64,000 bases of DNA from contig RFPI01000001.1 of NCBI GenBank assembly GCA_009926205.1, forward strand, positions 328 to 64,327. The letters are read 5' to 3'. This DNA comes from Methylophilaceae bacterium. GTDB lineage: Bacteria > Pseudomonadota > Gammaproteobacteria > Burkholderiales > Methylophilaceae. Of the stretch, positions 19,132-28,915 are shown piece by piece. Numbering within the stretch: the stretch's first letter is position 1; each line of letters starts with the position of its first letter. Below the pieces are notes generated by a model, which had not been told where the DNA came from, did no database searches, and was given only the letters and a program-made list of their open reading frames with translations. A program made the position numbers and the translations under genes.

Positions 19132-20028
19132 ATGAGTAGTGCACCCCAAGCTGATTTTCGTTGTGGTACGGTCGCCATTGTAGGACGTCCGAATGTGGGC
19201 AAGTCAACTTTGCTCAATCATATTTTGGGGGTCAAGCTCAGCATCACTTCACGCAAAGCGCAAACCACCCGTCACCGTTTATTAGGTATCCATACCACTA
19301 ATCAAGCCCAATACTTGTTTGTTGATACCCCAGGTTTTCAAACCAAACATATCAACGCACTCAATCGCATGCTGAATAAAACCGTGACACAAGTATTGTC
19401 AGAAGTCGATGTGGTGTTATTCGTGATTGAGGCAGGATATTTTGCTGATGCGGATCAGCAAGTATTGGATTTATTGCCTACCAACAAACCTGTGATATTG
19501 GTCATCAATAAAGCAGACCAATTAAAAGACAAAGCTGAGCTATTACCCTTGATCCAAGAGCAGGGCGCACGTTTTTCTTTTACTGCGGTGATTCCTGTCA
19601 GTGCCAAAAAGGATTTGCAATTAGATACCTTATTGGATGCCGTTACCCCATTATTGCCTGCGCAAGCAGCGATTTATGACGAGGACGAATTGACTGATAA
19701 GAACGAGCGATTTCTCGCCGCCGAGCTGTTACGTGAAAAAGCATTTCGTTTTCTTGGTGACGAGTTGCCCTATGGCATTGCTGTCGAGATAGAGCAGTTT
19801 GCACTGGAAGGAAAATTACGTCGTATTCATGCTGCGTTTATTGTCGATAAAGAAAGTCAAAAACCAATGCTGATTGGCAAAGGCGGCGCCAAGCTGAAAC
19901 AAATTTCCACTGAGGCACGTATGGATATGGAAAAATTGTTTGGCGGTAAAGTCTGGTTAGAAACATGGGTCAAGGTCAAAGGCGGTTGGGCGGACGATGA
20001 TCGTGCGCTAAAAAGCCTAGGCTTTTAA
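19132..20028 (+). CDS. era: GTPase Era
   Basis: G1 GRPNVGKST, G3 DTPG, G4 NKAD and a C-terminal KH domain. It follows rnc. Confidence 0.95.
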   Translation: MSSAPQADFRCGTVAIVGRPNVGKSTLLNHILGVKLSITSRKAQTTRHRLLGIHTTNQAQYLFVDTPGFQTKHINALNRMLNKTVTQVLSEVDVVLFVIEAGYFADADQQVLDLLPTNKPVILVINKADQLKDKAELLPLIQEQGARFSFTAVIPVSAKKDLQLDTLLDAVTPLLPAQAAIYDEDELTDKNERFLAAELLREKAFRFLGDELPYGIAVEIEQFALEGKLRRIHAAFIVDKESQKPMLIGKGGAKLKQISTEARMDMEKLFGGKVWLETWVKVKGGWADDDRALKSLGF

Positions 20029-20040
20029 ATAGGGCTTGCG

Positions 20041-20772
20041 ATGGTGATTGGGGCCACAACCCGGCAGGAAAACCAAGCGGTGTATGTGTTGCACAGCTAT
20101 CCTTTCAAAGAAACCAGTCTGATTGTAGAGTTGTTCACCCGCGACTTTGGTCGTATCGCTGTGGTCGCTAAAGGAGCAAGACGTCCACGTTCTGCATTAC
20201 GTGGCATGCTGCAGTCGTTTCAATCTTTGCTGGCCACTTGGTCGGGCAAACAAGAATTAAAAACCCTCCATGGTTTGGAATGGCATGCTGGCTTATTGGT
20301 ATTGCCAGGCGAGTCCCTTATGTGTGGTTTTTATTTAAACGAGTTGTTGATGCGTTTGTTGCCCCGTGACGATCCCCATGAAGCTTTATTCGATGAATAT
20401 GCATTGACGTTGAAAATGCTGGCCACTCAGGCACAAGATAGTGCCGTGATATTACGCAAATTCGAATTGTGTTTATTACAGCAATTGGGTTACGCCGTTC
20501 CTTTAATTCAGAATATTCACGATGAGGTGGTCGATGCCAGCAAGCAGTATTACTACCTGCCTGAAGTGGGCCCGGTGAGCAGCGTCCATGTGGGTCAGGA
20601 AAATGGCGTACAATTGAGCGGCGAAACCTTGTTGGCGATGGCTCAAGATGATTACAGTGCGGCGCTAACGCAACAGCAAAGCAAACAATTGATGCGTTTG
20701 TTAATCAATTACTATCTTGGCGACCAAGTATTACATACGCGCCAGTTATTGATGGATTTGCAAACACTCTAA
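20041..20772 (+). CDS. recO: DNA repair protein RecO
   Basis: 243 aa. The N-terminal OB-fold region (YVLHSYPFKETSLIVELFT) and the conserved position after era support the call. Confidence 0.85.
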   Translation: MVIGATTRQENQAVYVLHSYPFKETSLIVELFTRDFGRIAVVAKGARRPRSALRGMLQSFQSLLATWSGKQELKTLHGLEWHAGLLVLPGESLMCGFYLNELLMRLLPRDDPHEALFDEYALTLKMLATQAQDSAVILRKFELCLLQQLGYAVPLIQNIHDEVVDASKQYYYLPEVGPVSSVHVGQENGVQLSGETLLAMAQDDYSAALTQQQSKQLMRLLINYYLGDQVLHTRQLLMDLQTL

Positions 20773-20800
20773 TACATGAAACTTTTATCACTCTAATTTT

Positions 20801-21529
20801 ATGATGAAACTTGGTGTCAATATTGATCACGTAGCCACGCTCAGACAGGCGCGCGGTACCCCCTATCCTGATCCGATAGAAGCCGCACTTTTAGCCGAGC
20901 AAGCTGGAGCTGATGGGATTACTTTGCATCTACGCGAAGACAGGCGTCATATCCAAGATGCGGATGTGTATGCTATGCGACCACTGCTTAAAACCAAGAT
21001 GAATCTAGAAATGGCAGTCACCGAGGAAATGTTGGGCATCGCCTTAAAAGTGAACCCACAAGATGTATGCTTGGTGCCTGAGCGCCGCGAGGAGAGAACC
21101 ACCGAAGGTGGCTTAGATGTGATAGCCCAACAAGCCAAGATTGGGGACTTTTGTCAGACTTTGGCCGAACAAAATATTCGTGTCTCTTTGTTTATCGCGC
21201 CTGACCTTGCGCAGATCGATGCTGCCCTCAAAGTGGGTGCGCCTATTATTGAAATCCATACTGGACACTTTGCTGATAGCGAGGGTGCTGCGCAGCAGGC
21301 TGAGTTGAAAAAAATTACCCATGCGGTTGAGTACGCCCACCAAGCGGGTTTGGTGGTGAACGCGGGACATGGCTTAAATATTCATAACGTACATCATATG
21401 ACGGCGATTCCTCAATTGTATGAGTTGAATATTGGCCATGCGATTGTCGCACGTGCTTTGATGATAGGTTGGCAAGCGGCAGTGGCTGAGATGAAGGCAC
21501 TCATACAAATATCAGGAGCGCAGTCATGA
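20801..21529 (+). CDS. pdxJ: Pyridoxine 5'-phosphate synthase
   Basis: [28 protein letters not shown] and EIHTG are all typical PdxJ motifs. Confidence 0.95.
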   Translation: MMKLGVNIDHVATLRQARGTPYPDPIEAALLAEQAGADGITLHLREDRRHIQDADVYAMRPLLKTKMNLEMAVTEEMLGIALKVNPQDVCLVPERREERTTEGGLDVIAQQAKIGDFCQTLAEQNIRVSLFIAPDLAQIDAALKVGAPIIEIHTGHFADSEGAAQQAELKKITHAVEYAHQAGLVVNAGHGLNIHNVHHMTAIPQLYELNIGHAIVARALMIGWQAAVAEMKALIQISGAQS

Positions 21530-21915
21530 TATTTGGTGTGGGAACAGATCTGGTCGAAGTAAGCCGCATACAAGAATCCTTGCAACGTTTTGGTCATGAC
21601 TTTGCTAGCCGTATATTGGGCGAGTTTGAGTTGCAAGAGTTTACTCAATCACAACAACAAGCGCGTTTTTTAGCCAAGCGATTTGCCGCTAAAGAAGCTT
21701 TTGCAAAAGCTTTAGGGACTGGCATACGTCATCCTGCCACCTTGGCTAATATTCAAATTGCCCACGACGACATGGGCAAGCCAGTGTTTGATCTGGCGCC
21801 TGAATTAGCGGCGCTGTTAGAGAGAAAACAAATATGCTTTGCACATTTATCTATTTCAGATGAAAAAGCCTTTGCCACAGCAGTCGTCATTCTAGAAAAA
21901 GCTGATACGGAATAA
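21526..21915 (+). CDS. acpS: Holo-[acyl-carrier-protein] synthase
   Basis: 129 aa with GVGTDLVEV and [14 protein letters not shown]. An ATGA overlap joins it to pdxJ. Confidence 0.92.
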   Translation: MIFGVGTDLVEVSRIQESLQRFGHDFASRILGEFELQEFTQSQQQARFLAKRFAAKEAFAKALGTGIRHPATLANIQIAHDDMGKPVFDLAPELAALLERKQICFAHLSISDEKAFATAVVILEKADTE

Positions 21916-21920
21916 CCGGT

Positions 21921-22718
21921 ATGGCAGTCTCCGATACACCTGATTATGCGCGTCGCTTCGGCGGTGTTGGCCGTCTTTATGGTGAGCCCGCATGGCAACG
22001 ATTTCAACAACTGCATATCGTCGTGGTGGGGATAGGGGGCGTAGGCAGTTGGGCAGTCGAAGGCTTGGCACGAAACGCAATCGGCAAACTGACTTTGATT
22101 GATCTCGATCATCTGGCAGAGTCGAATATCAACCGCCAACTGCCCGCCCTCGACGAAAATTTGGGCAAGGCTAAAGTCGTGGCGATGCAAGAGCGAATCG
22201 CGCAAATTAATCCTGCCTGTCAGGTGATCGCTGTCGAGGAATTTGTGAATGCCGACAATGTCGCTGGCTTGATTCCGCAAGATGTGGATGCAGTGATTGA
22301 TGCGGTGGATGATGTTAAAGCCAAACTAGCACTGATCTTACACTGTCGTCAGCAGCAAATTCCTATTGTCACTACCGGCGGGGCAGGCGGGCGGGTCGAC
22401 CCCAGTAAAATTAAATGTGCTGACTTGTCTCTTGTCCAAGGCGACCGTTTGCTCGCCAAAGTGCGCAATCAATTACGCCGTGATCATGGCTACCCCAAAG
22501 TGCCCAACGCTGGCAAAGGTAAGCCCAAGAAAATGGAAATATGCGCAGTGTATTCCGATGAGCGTGTGCAACTGCCTAATCAGCAGTGTGCTAGCGATGA
22601 GGATGCCGCCATTACAGGATTAAATTGTGCCGGTTATGGTTCTTCTGTGTGTGTGACTGCCCCGTTTGGGTTTATGGCGGCAGCTCAGGTAATGGAGTTA
22701 ATGCTCAGTAAAAATTGA
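21921..22718 (+). CDS. tcdA: tRNA threonylcarbamoyladenosine dehydratase (ThiF/E1-like family)
   Basis: RFGGVGRLYG, the Rossmann motif VVGIGGVGSW and LIDLD..ESNINRQ match the TcdA/CsdL pattern. Confidence 0.8.
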   Translation: MAVSDTPDYARRFGGVGRLYGEPAWQRFQQLHIVVVGIGGVGSWAVEGLARNAIGKLTLIDLDHLAESNINRQLPALDENLGKAKVVAMQERIAQINPACQVIAVEEFVNADNVAGLIPQDVDAVIDAVDDVKAKLALILHCRQQQIPIVTTGGAGGRVDPSKIKCADLSLVQGDRLLAKVRNQLRRDHGYPKVPNAGKGKPKKMEICAVYSDERVQLPNQQCASDEDAAITGLNCAGYGSSVCVTAPFGFMAAAQVMELMLSKN

Positions 22719-22725
22719 AATTTGC

Positions 22726-23538
22726 TCAGCTATGCACATGAGAGAGTAGATGTTCATCAGAAGCTGACAGCTCGCCTGTGTCACCTTGTTGGTTTACGCC
22801 TATCCTGCGGAATGTCAGATTAAATCTAGAACCGCCAACTTTAAGTCGCTTAGGTACTGAGTGTTGCCAATAATGCTGGAGCTCTCCGCGCATAATCAAA
22901 AGCGTGCCGTGCTTGAGTGGAAGAGCTATTTTCAAAGATGGATCATCATTTCTTCTAACAAAAAAGTCCCTGGTTTCGCCAAAATTGGCTGATGCTATTA
23001 CAGGATTTCTCCCCAACTCTTTCTCATCGTCGGCATGCCAATTCATACTATCCTGCCCATCTCGATACCAATTCAACAAAACACTATTGAACGTGACACC
23101 TGCGCAGTGTTCAATCTTTTGCTTTAGGTATAGAAGCCCCTTGTTCCATGGGTTGGGTATGCATTCGATGCCAGAGTAGGTGTAGGTTTTTTCGTTATCG
23201 CCATACCAAGAGGTCAATCTCGGCAGAGGCATGACCTTTCCGTACAATTTTATGTAGTCCTGCTTCCATTTGATGTTGGAAAAGCGAATGTTGGACAATG
23301 TATCGGCAGAGTATTCCTTCCACTTAGCAGTTCGCCCGTCTACTATATCGTTTTCAAGGAAGTACTCAACAGTTCTGTCGCTAATCTTTTTGTCGAAAAA
23401 ATGTTCTATATAGAGCATTTCTCCGTTTGGAACGGTAATCAGATAGCCACGCATATCATCTAACCACTTAGCAGTGCAATCACTGCGATTTGGCAGGTCG
23501 AATGGGAAGTCAGTTTCTAAGGTTTTAAATAGGTCCAT
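22726..23538 (-). CDS. Fe(II)/2-oxoglutarate-dependent dioxygenase, AlkB family (ALKBH2/3-like)
   Basis: It has the HxD motif (NWHADDE), the distal His (LQHYWQHSVP) and RFNLTFR (RxxxxxR). Start ATG 23538 lies 5 nt behind GGAGGTG. Arg is often encoded by AGA/AGG, unlike in the neighbouring genes. Confidence 0.8.
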   Translation of the reverse strand: MDLFKTLETDFPFDLPNRSDCTAKWLDDMRGYLITVPNGEMLYIEHFFDKKISDRTVEYFLENDIVDGRTAKWKEYSADTLSNIRFSNIKWKQDYIKLYGKVMPLPRLTSWYGDNEKTYTYSGIECIPNPWNKGLLYLKQKIEHCAGVTFNSVLLNWYRDGQDSMNWHADDEKELGRNPVIASANFGETRDFFVRRNDDPSLKIALPLKHGTLLIMRGELQHYWQHSVPKRLKVGGSRFNLTFRRIGVNQQGDTGELSASDEHLLSHVHS

Positions 23539-23608
23539 TAAACACCTCCACATGCAATTCCCAAGAAATTAAATTTGTTTTGTAATTGTATTTTAACTTG
23601 CCGTTGCT

Positions 23609-23636
23609 CTTGAAATTTCATTTTTCGTCCCTATCT
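23609..23636 (+). promoter_or_regulatory. Sigma-32 (heat-shock) promoter of htpG
   Basis: CTTGAAA (23609-23615), a 13-nt spacer, then CCCTATCT (23629-23636), about 45 nt upstream of the htpG ATG. It is close to the consensus CTTGAAA / CCCCATnT. Confidence 0.65.
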
Positions 23637-23680
23637 CTTTCCTGTTCCAACATTCTTATATTCAACAGGAGCTTTTCACC

Positions 23681-25567
23681 ATGGCCAAAACTGCAACAAA
23701 AAAACAGACCCTGGGATTTCAGGCAGAAGTCAAACAGCTGTTACACCTGATGATTCATTCGCTGTACAGCAATAAAGAGATTGTGTTGCGCGAGCTGATT
23801 TCCAACGCCTCCGATGCCTCGGATAAATTGCGCTTTGCCGCGCTATCTAATAACGATTTATATGCTGGGGATAGTGATCTAAAAATTCGCATTGCCTTTG
23901 ATAAGGCCGCCCGCACCCTGACCATAAGCGATAACGGTATAGGCATGAGTCGACAAGAGGTCATCGACAATATTGGCACGATTGCCAAATCTGGCACGAA
24001 AGAATTCTTTAATGCATTGACTGGCGACCAAGCCAAAGATGCGCATTTGATTGGGCAATTTGGGGTGGGCTTTTACTCATCTTTTATTATTGCGGACAAA
24101 GTTACTTTAACCACCTTGCGCGCCGGTGAAACGGAAGCGGTGACTTGGGAGTCTGCCGGTGAGGGCGATTTCACCATTGCGCCTGCAGATAAAACAACGC
24201 GTGGTACCGATATTGTGCTGCATTTGCGTGAGGGCGAAGATGAGTTCCTCAATGATTGGAAACTGAAATCCATTATTCGCAAATACTCCGACCATATCAC
24301 CATTCCTATCGTGATGAAGAAGAGTGAGTGGAAAGATGGTGAACAAGTTCCAACCGATGAAGATGAGACCGTTAATCAGGCATCAGCCCTGTGGGCAAAG
24401 TCTAAATCCGATATTACGGAAGAGGAGTATCAAGCGTTTTATCAATATGTATCGCACGACTTTGAACCTCCTTTAAGCTGGACACACAATCGTGTAGAAG
24501 GTAATCAAGAATATATTTCTTTGCTGTATATCCCGGCTAAGGCACCGTTTGATATTTATGAGCGTGAGCGTAGTCATGGCATTAAGTTATACGTCAAACG
24601 TATCTTCATTATGGAAGATACAGAAAAATTAATGCCGCAATATCTCCGTTTTGTAAGAGGCGTGATTGACTCTGCGGACTTGCCTTTAAATGTCTCGCGA
24701 GAAATTTTACAGTCCTCTAAAGACATCGACACCATACGAGCTGCTTCGGTGAAAAAAGTACTAGGCTTATTGGAAGAAATGGCAGAGCAAAAGCCGGAGC
24801 AATATCAGGCATTTTGGAATGAGTTTGGTCGCGTATTAAAAGAAGGTCCTGTGGAGGATGCTAGCAATCGAGAGCGTATTGCAGGTCTGCTACGTTTTGC
24901 TTCCACCCATACGGATACCTCCGTGCAATCAGTCAGCTTTAAGGATTACATCGGGCGTATGAAGGAAGCGCAGCAAGCGATTTACTACATCACTGCCGAT
25001 AGCTTTGCCGCAGCGCAACATAGTCCGCATCTAGAAATTTTCCGCAAGAAGGGCATAGAAGTGTTGCTATTGTCTGATCGTGTAGATGAATGGATGTTGG
25101 GTGGCTTGACGGAGTTTGACGGCAAGAAATTACAATCCATTGCCAAAGGTGACCTGGACTTAGGCGCTTTGGAAGATGAGCAAGAAAAACAAGCCAAAAA
25201 AGAAGTGGAAGAAAGCAGCAAGCCTTTGTTGGAAAAAATTCAAAACACCTTGGGCGAGCGTGTTAAAGAAGTACGTGTAACACATCGATTGACCGACTCG
25301 CCCGCATGTTTGGTGGCTGGTGAGAATGAGCTGTCTGGCAATTTGGCGCGTATGCTCAAGGCGGCAGGTCATCAAGCGCCAGAGATGAAGCCAACCTTAG
25401 AGGTCAATCCTGAACATGCCTTGGTCAAGCGTTTACAAGCCGAGAGTGAGCAGGCTAAGTTTGATGACCTAGCGCAATTGTTGTTTGATCAAGCGCTATT
25501 AGCGGAGGGTGGCCAACTTGAGGATCCGGCAAGTTTTGTTAAACGTATGAATAGCTTGCTGGCATAA
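23681..25567 (+). CDS. htpG: Molecular chaperone HtpG (Hsp90)
   Basis: 628 aa with the GHKL ATPase N domain ([20 protein letters not shown]) and full colinearity with bacterial Hsp90. Confidence 0.97.
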   Translation: MAKTATKKQTLGFQAEVKQLLHLMIHSLYSNKEIVLRELISNASDASDKLRFAALSNNDLYAGDSDLKIRIAFDKAARTLTISDNGIGMSRQEVIDNIGTIAKSGTKEFFNALTGDQAKDAHLIGQFGVGFYSSFIIADKVTLTTLRAGETEAVTWESAGEGDFTIAPADKTTRGTDIVLHLREGEDEFLNDWKLKSIIRKYSDHITIPIVMKKSEWKDGEQVPTDEDETVNQASALWAKSKSDITEEEYQAFYQYVSHDFEPPLSWTHNRVEGNQEYISLLYIPAKAPFDIYERERSHGIKLYVKRIFIMEDTEKLMPQYLRFVRGVIDSADLPLNVSREILQSSKDIDTIRAASVKKVLGLLEEMAEQKPEQYQAFWNEFGRVLKEGPVEDASNRERIAGLLRFASTHTDTSVQSVSFKDYIGRMKEAQQAIYYITADSFAAAQHSPHLEIFRKKGIEVLLLSDRVDEWMLGGLTEFDGKKLQSIAKGDLDLGALEDEQEKQAKKEVEESSKPLLEKIQNTLGERVKEVRVTHRLTDSPACLVAGENELSGNLARMLKAAGHQAPEMKPTLEVNPEHALVKRLQAESEQAKFDDLAQLLFDQALLAEGGQLEDPASFVKRMNSLLA

Positions 25568-25598
25568 GCGCGATAGCAATAAAAAATAATCCCCTTTT

Positions 25599-25624
25599 CC
25601 CCGCCTGAGTGCGGGGTTTTTTTT
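25599..25624 (+). terminator. Rho-independent terminator after htpG
   Basis: CCCCGC-ctgagt-GCGGGG followed by an 8-nt T run. Confidence 0.8.
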
Positions 25625-25741
25625 GGTCTGCTTTTTGCTTGTTCAAGCAAGTGGGTTGCAAAAAGAGTAAAATTTACAGTGTTTGAATACTCGGCAATCT
25701 AGCGAATTTGTTGCCAATCTTGATGAATAAAGAAGTGAATA

Positions 25742-28297
25742 ATGAGCCAAGCAGAATCCAAAAAAGTCCCAACCTCTGGTAAGTCTCCAGCTAAACCCAA
25801 TGCTAAGCGCAGTTCAAGCAAGTCGCCAGCCAAGGCAGGCAGCAAAACACTTGGCCGCTCCGCTATTATTACTGGGCATACCCCCATGCATGAGGCTTTA
25901 CAGAATCATCTGCTGTATACCGTTTTTAAGACCGAGCAAGCCTCTACTCCTCGCGACTGGTACGCTACCACGGCGTACACCGTGCGTGATCATGTGATTG
26001 AGCGGTGGCTCAATACTGTAGAGCGCTATGCGCAACAAGATCCTAAACGAGTGTATTACTTGTCTTTGGAATTCTTAATTGGACGTATGTTAAGCAATGC
26101 TGCACTGAATTTGGGCATTGCCGAAGATGTGCGAGCAGGGCTCAAGACCTTGGGGCATCAATTAGAAGAGGTAGTAGAGTGGGAGACTGATGCTGCCTTG
26201 GGTAATGGCGGACTAGGGCGATTAGCCGCTTGTTTTTTAGATTCTATGGCCACCATGGATATCCCCGGTACAGGGTATGGCATACGTTATGAATACGGTA
26301 TGTTCCGTCAAGAAATCGCCAATGGCCAACAAGTAGAAAATCCAGATAACTGGTTACGTTATGGCAATATTTGGGAATTCCAACGCCCTGAGGTGACGTA
26401 TCACGTGCATTTTTTCGGCAAGGTGATGGAGTTTCAGGGTGAAAACGGATTGGAGCATCGCTGGGTGGATGCCGAACATGTAGTCGCCATGGCCTATGAT
26501 GTTCCGATTCCGGGTTATGGTACAGAGACAGTCAATAATCTGCGTTTGTGGTCAGCCAAAGCTGCCAAAGAGTTCGATTTGCGTTTGTTCAATGAGGGTA
26601 ATTATGAACAGTCGGTTGAGAGTCGAAACTCATCAGAAAATATTTCAAAAGTTCTTTATCCCAATGATGCCTCTGCATCGGGACGTGAGCTACGCTTAAA
26701 ACAACAATATTTCTTCGTATCGGCTTCTATTCAAGATATTTTGCATCGCTTTTTGGCCAAGCACCAAGATTGGAATTTATTACCTGAAAAAATAGCGATA
26801 CAACTGAATGATACCCATCCAGCGATTGCTGTTGCTGAGCTAATGTATCAGTTGGTGGATCATCACCAGCTTGCATGGGATCATGCTTGGCAGTTGTGTG
26901 GCAAAATTTTTGCCTATACCAACCATACACTGATGCCAGAGGCTTTAGAGACGTGGCAATTGGATATGTTTGGCCGATTATTACCGCGTCATTTGCATAT
27001 TATCTATCGCATCAACCACGAATTCTTGCAGATGGTAAATCATCATTTCCCAGGCGATACTGAGCTGCTACAACGTGTCTCCATTATTGATGAATCGCAT
27101 GGCAGACGCATTCGTATGGCGCACTTAGCTGTGGTTGGCAGTCATACTGTGAATGGGGTGGCGGCATTACATAGTGAGTTACTCAAGACTACGCTATTCG
27201 CTGATTTCAACCGAATTTATCCGCACAAATTTATCAATGTTACCAATGGGATCACCCCACGTCGTTGGCTTAATCAATGTAATCCTGGTTTGACTGGCTT
27301 GATTCAACAAGCGATAGGGGATGGTTTCCAAAACGATCTAAGCAAATTGCGCTTATTGCAACCGCTGGCGGATGATGCGGATTTTCGAGCAGCTTTTCGT
27401 GCCGTCAAGCGCGCTAATAAACAGCGACTGGCCGCCAAGATTGCCTCATTAACTGGTGTGCAACTTAATCCAGATAGTTTGTTTGATGTGCAGATTAAGC
27501 GTATTCATGAGTACAAACGTCAGTTACTCAATGTGCTTCATGTCATCACGCTTTATAACCGCATTCGTCGCGGTGAAGCGCAAGATATGCCTCCACGTAC
27601 AGTGATTTTTGGCGGTAAAGCTGCGCCTGGTTATTGGATGGCAAAGTTAATTATCCGTTTGATTAATGATGTAGCCGCAATTGTCAATGAAGATGAATCT
27701 GTCGCAGGCCGCTTAAAGGTAGTGTTTTATCCTAACTATGAAGTGACCGCTGCTGAATATCTATTCCCTGCGAGCGATTTGTCTGAACAAATATCCACTG
27801 CAGGAACTGAGGCTTCAGGCACGGGGAATATGAAAATGGCGCTAAATGGCGCGCTCACAATCGGCACCCTAGACGGCGCTAATGTGGAAATTTTGGAAGA
27901 AGTGGGCGATGAAAATATTTTTATCTTTGGTCTAACCACTGAACAGGTGGCTCAGACTAAGGCGCAGGGATATAACCCTTGGGATTACTACAATAGCAAT
28001 GCTGAGTTGCGCGAGGTCTTGGATATGATTGCTAGCGGCTTCTTCTCAGTAGATGAGCCACAACGTTATCAGGCCATTATTGATACTTTATTGCACAAGG
28101 GCGATCAATATTTATTGCTGGCGGATTATGCGAGTTATGTGGATACACAAACGCGCGTTGGACATTTGTTTAATGACGCTGAACAATGGTCTCGCAAAGC
28201 TATTTTGAACGTGGCGCGCATGGCGAAATTCTCAAGCGATAGAACGATAGGAGAATATGCCGACAAAATATGGAAAGTATCTGCCGCAAAAGGTTAG
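25742..28297 (+). CDS. glgP: Glycogen/maltodextrin phosphorylase
   Basis: 851 aa, colinear with E. coli GlgP from HEALQNH onward (GNGGLGRLAACFLDS, the PLP-Lys region EASGTGNMKMALNG). An additional basic segment of about 48 aa precedes that point. Confidence 0.93.
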   Translation: MSQAESKKVPTSGKSPAKPNAKRSSSKSPAKAGSKTLGRSAIITGHTPMHEALQNHLLYTVFKTEQASTPRDWYATTAYTVRDHVIERWLNTVERYAQQDPKRVYYLSLEFLIGRMLSNAALNLGIAEDVRAGLKTLGHQLEEVVEWETDAALGNGGLGRLAACFLDSMATMDIPGTGYGIRYEYGMFRQEIANGQQVENPDNWLRYGNIWEFQRPEVTYHVHFFGKVMEFQGENGLEHRWVDAEHVVAMAYDVPIPGYGTETVNNLRLWSAKAAKEFDLRLFNEGNYEQSVESRNSSENISKVLYPNDASASGRELRLKQQYFFVSASIQDILHRFLAKHQDWNLLPEKIAIQLNDTHPAIAVAELMYQLVDHHQLAWDHAWQLCGKIFAYTNHTLMPEALETWQLDMFGRLLPRHLHIIYRINHEFLQMVNHHFPGDTELLQRVSIIDESHGRRIRMAHLAVVGSHTVNGVAALHSELLKTTLFADFNRIYPHKFINVTNGITPRRWLNQCNPGLTGLIQQAIGDGFQNDLSKLRLLQPLADDADFRAAFRAVKRANKQRLAAKIASLTGVQLNPDSLFDVQIKRIHEYKRQLLNVLHVITLYNRIRRGEAQDMPPRTVIFGGKAAPGYWMAKLIIRLINDVAAIVNEDESVAGRLKVVFYPNYEVTAAEYLFPASDLSEQISTAGTEASGTGNMKMALNGALTIGTLDGANVEILEEVGDENIFIFGLTTEQVAQTKAQGYNPWDYYNSNAELREVLDMIASGFFSVDEPQRYQAIIDTLLHKGDQYLLLADYASYVDTQTRVGHLFNDAEQWSRKAILNVARMAKFSSDRTIGEYADKIWKVSAAKG

Positions 28298-28306
28298 AAT
28301 GGCGTA

Positions 28307-28804
28307 ATGAATTTACGCATATTTTTCAAGATTGCCATTTCTCTCCCTGCACTATTAAGCAGCCCATTGAGTTTCGCACAGACACTCAATGGCGATGTGG
28401 TGGCTGTTGCCGATGGAGACACGCTCACTATCCTTGACGCGGATTTGACTCAATACCGCATCCGTCTAGCAGGGATAGATGCCCCAGAAAAGTCTCAGCC
28501 TTTTGGGCAAGTGGCAAAACAAAAGTTATCCAAGCTTTGTTATGACAAACCCGCACAAATCAAAGTAGTCACTCTGGATAAATATAATCGAGTGGTGGGC
28601 GATGTTACCTGCGACCAAGTGCATGCCAATGCTGAAATGGTGCGTAGTGGTTTGGCATGGGTATATCGTCAATATGCGAAAAACTTCGAATATCTTTTCC
28701 CGCTAGAAAAAGCTGCCCGTGAATCTCGCGTAGGTCTTTGGATAGATCCTAGACCAACGCCACCTTGGGAATGGCGCCGGAATAATTTAACGGTGTTTCA
28801 TTGA
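28307..28804 (+). CDS. Secreted thermonuclease (staphylococcal nuclease fold)
   Basis: It has a signal peptide (LLSSPLSFA/Q) and SNase motifs (GDTL, IRLAGIDAPE, GLAWVY.QY, ...E..AR....GLW). Confidence 0.8.
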   Translation: MNLRIFFKIAISLPALLSSPLSFAQTLNGDVVAVADGDTLTILDADLTQYRIRLAGIDAPEKSQPFGQVAKQKLSKLCYDKPAQIKVVTLDKYNRVVGDVTCDQVHANAEMVRSGLAWVYRQYAKNFEYLFPLEKAARESRVGLWIDPRPTPPWEWRRNNLTVFH

Positions 28805-28915
28805 TGCAGGGTAGAAGGCAAAGTTATGCCACTCTAAGCTTTGTCAGGTTTGCCCTGTGACCCGTCAGCCCTTACAATTCTGCCTTATTGCTTATCTTCC
28901 TTTGGTGTATGCCTG

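Noticed and set aside
21753-22280. 175-aa minus-strand ORF spanning the acpS end and the tcdA start.
   Set aside because: It is entirely antisense to two well-supported genes, has no recognisable motifs and no start context. It is a typical shadow ORF.
25699-25887. 62-aa minus-strand ORF, plus the 65-aa plus-strand out-of-frame ORF at 25800-25997, overlapping the basic N-terminal extension of glgP.
   Set aside because: Both are overlap artefacts of the Lys/Ser/Pro/Ala-rich coding segment, and neither has start signals.
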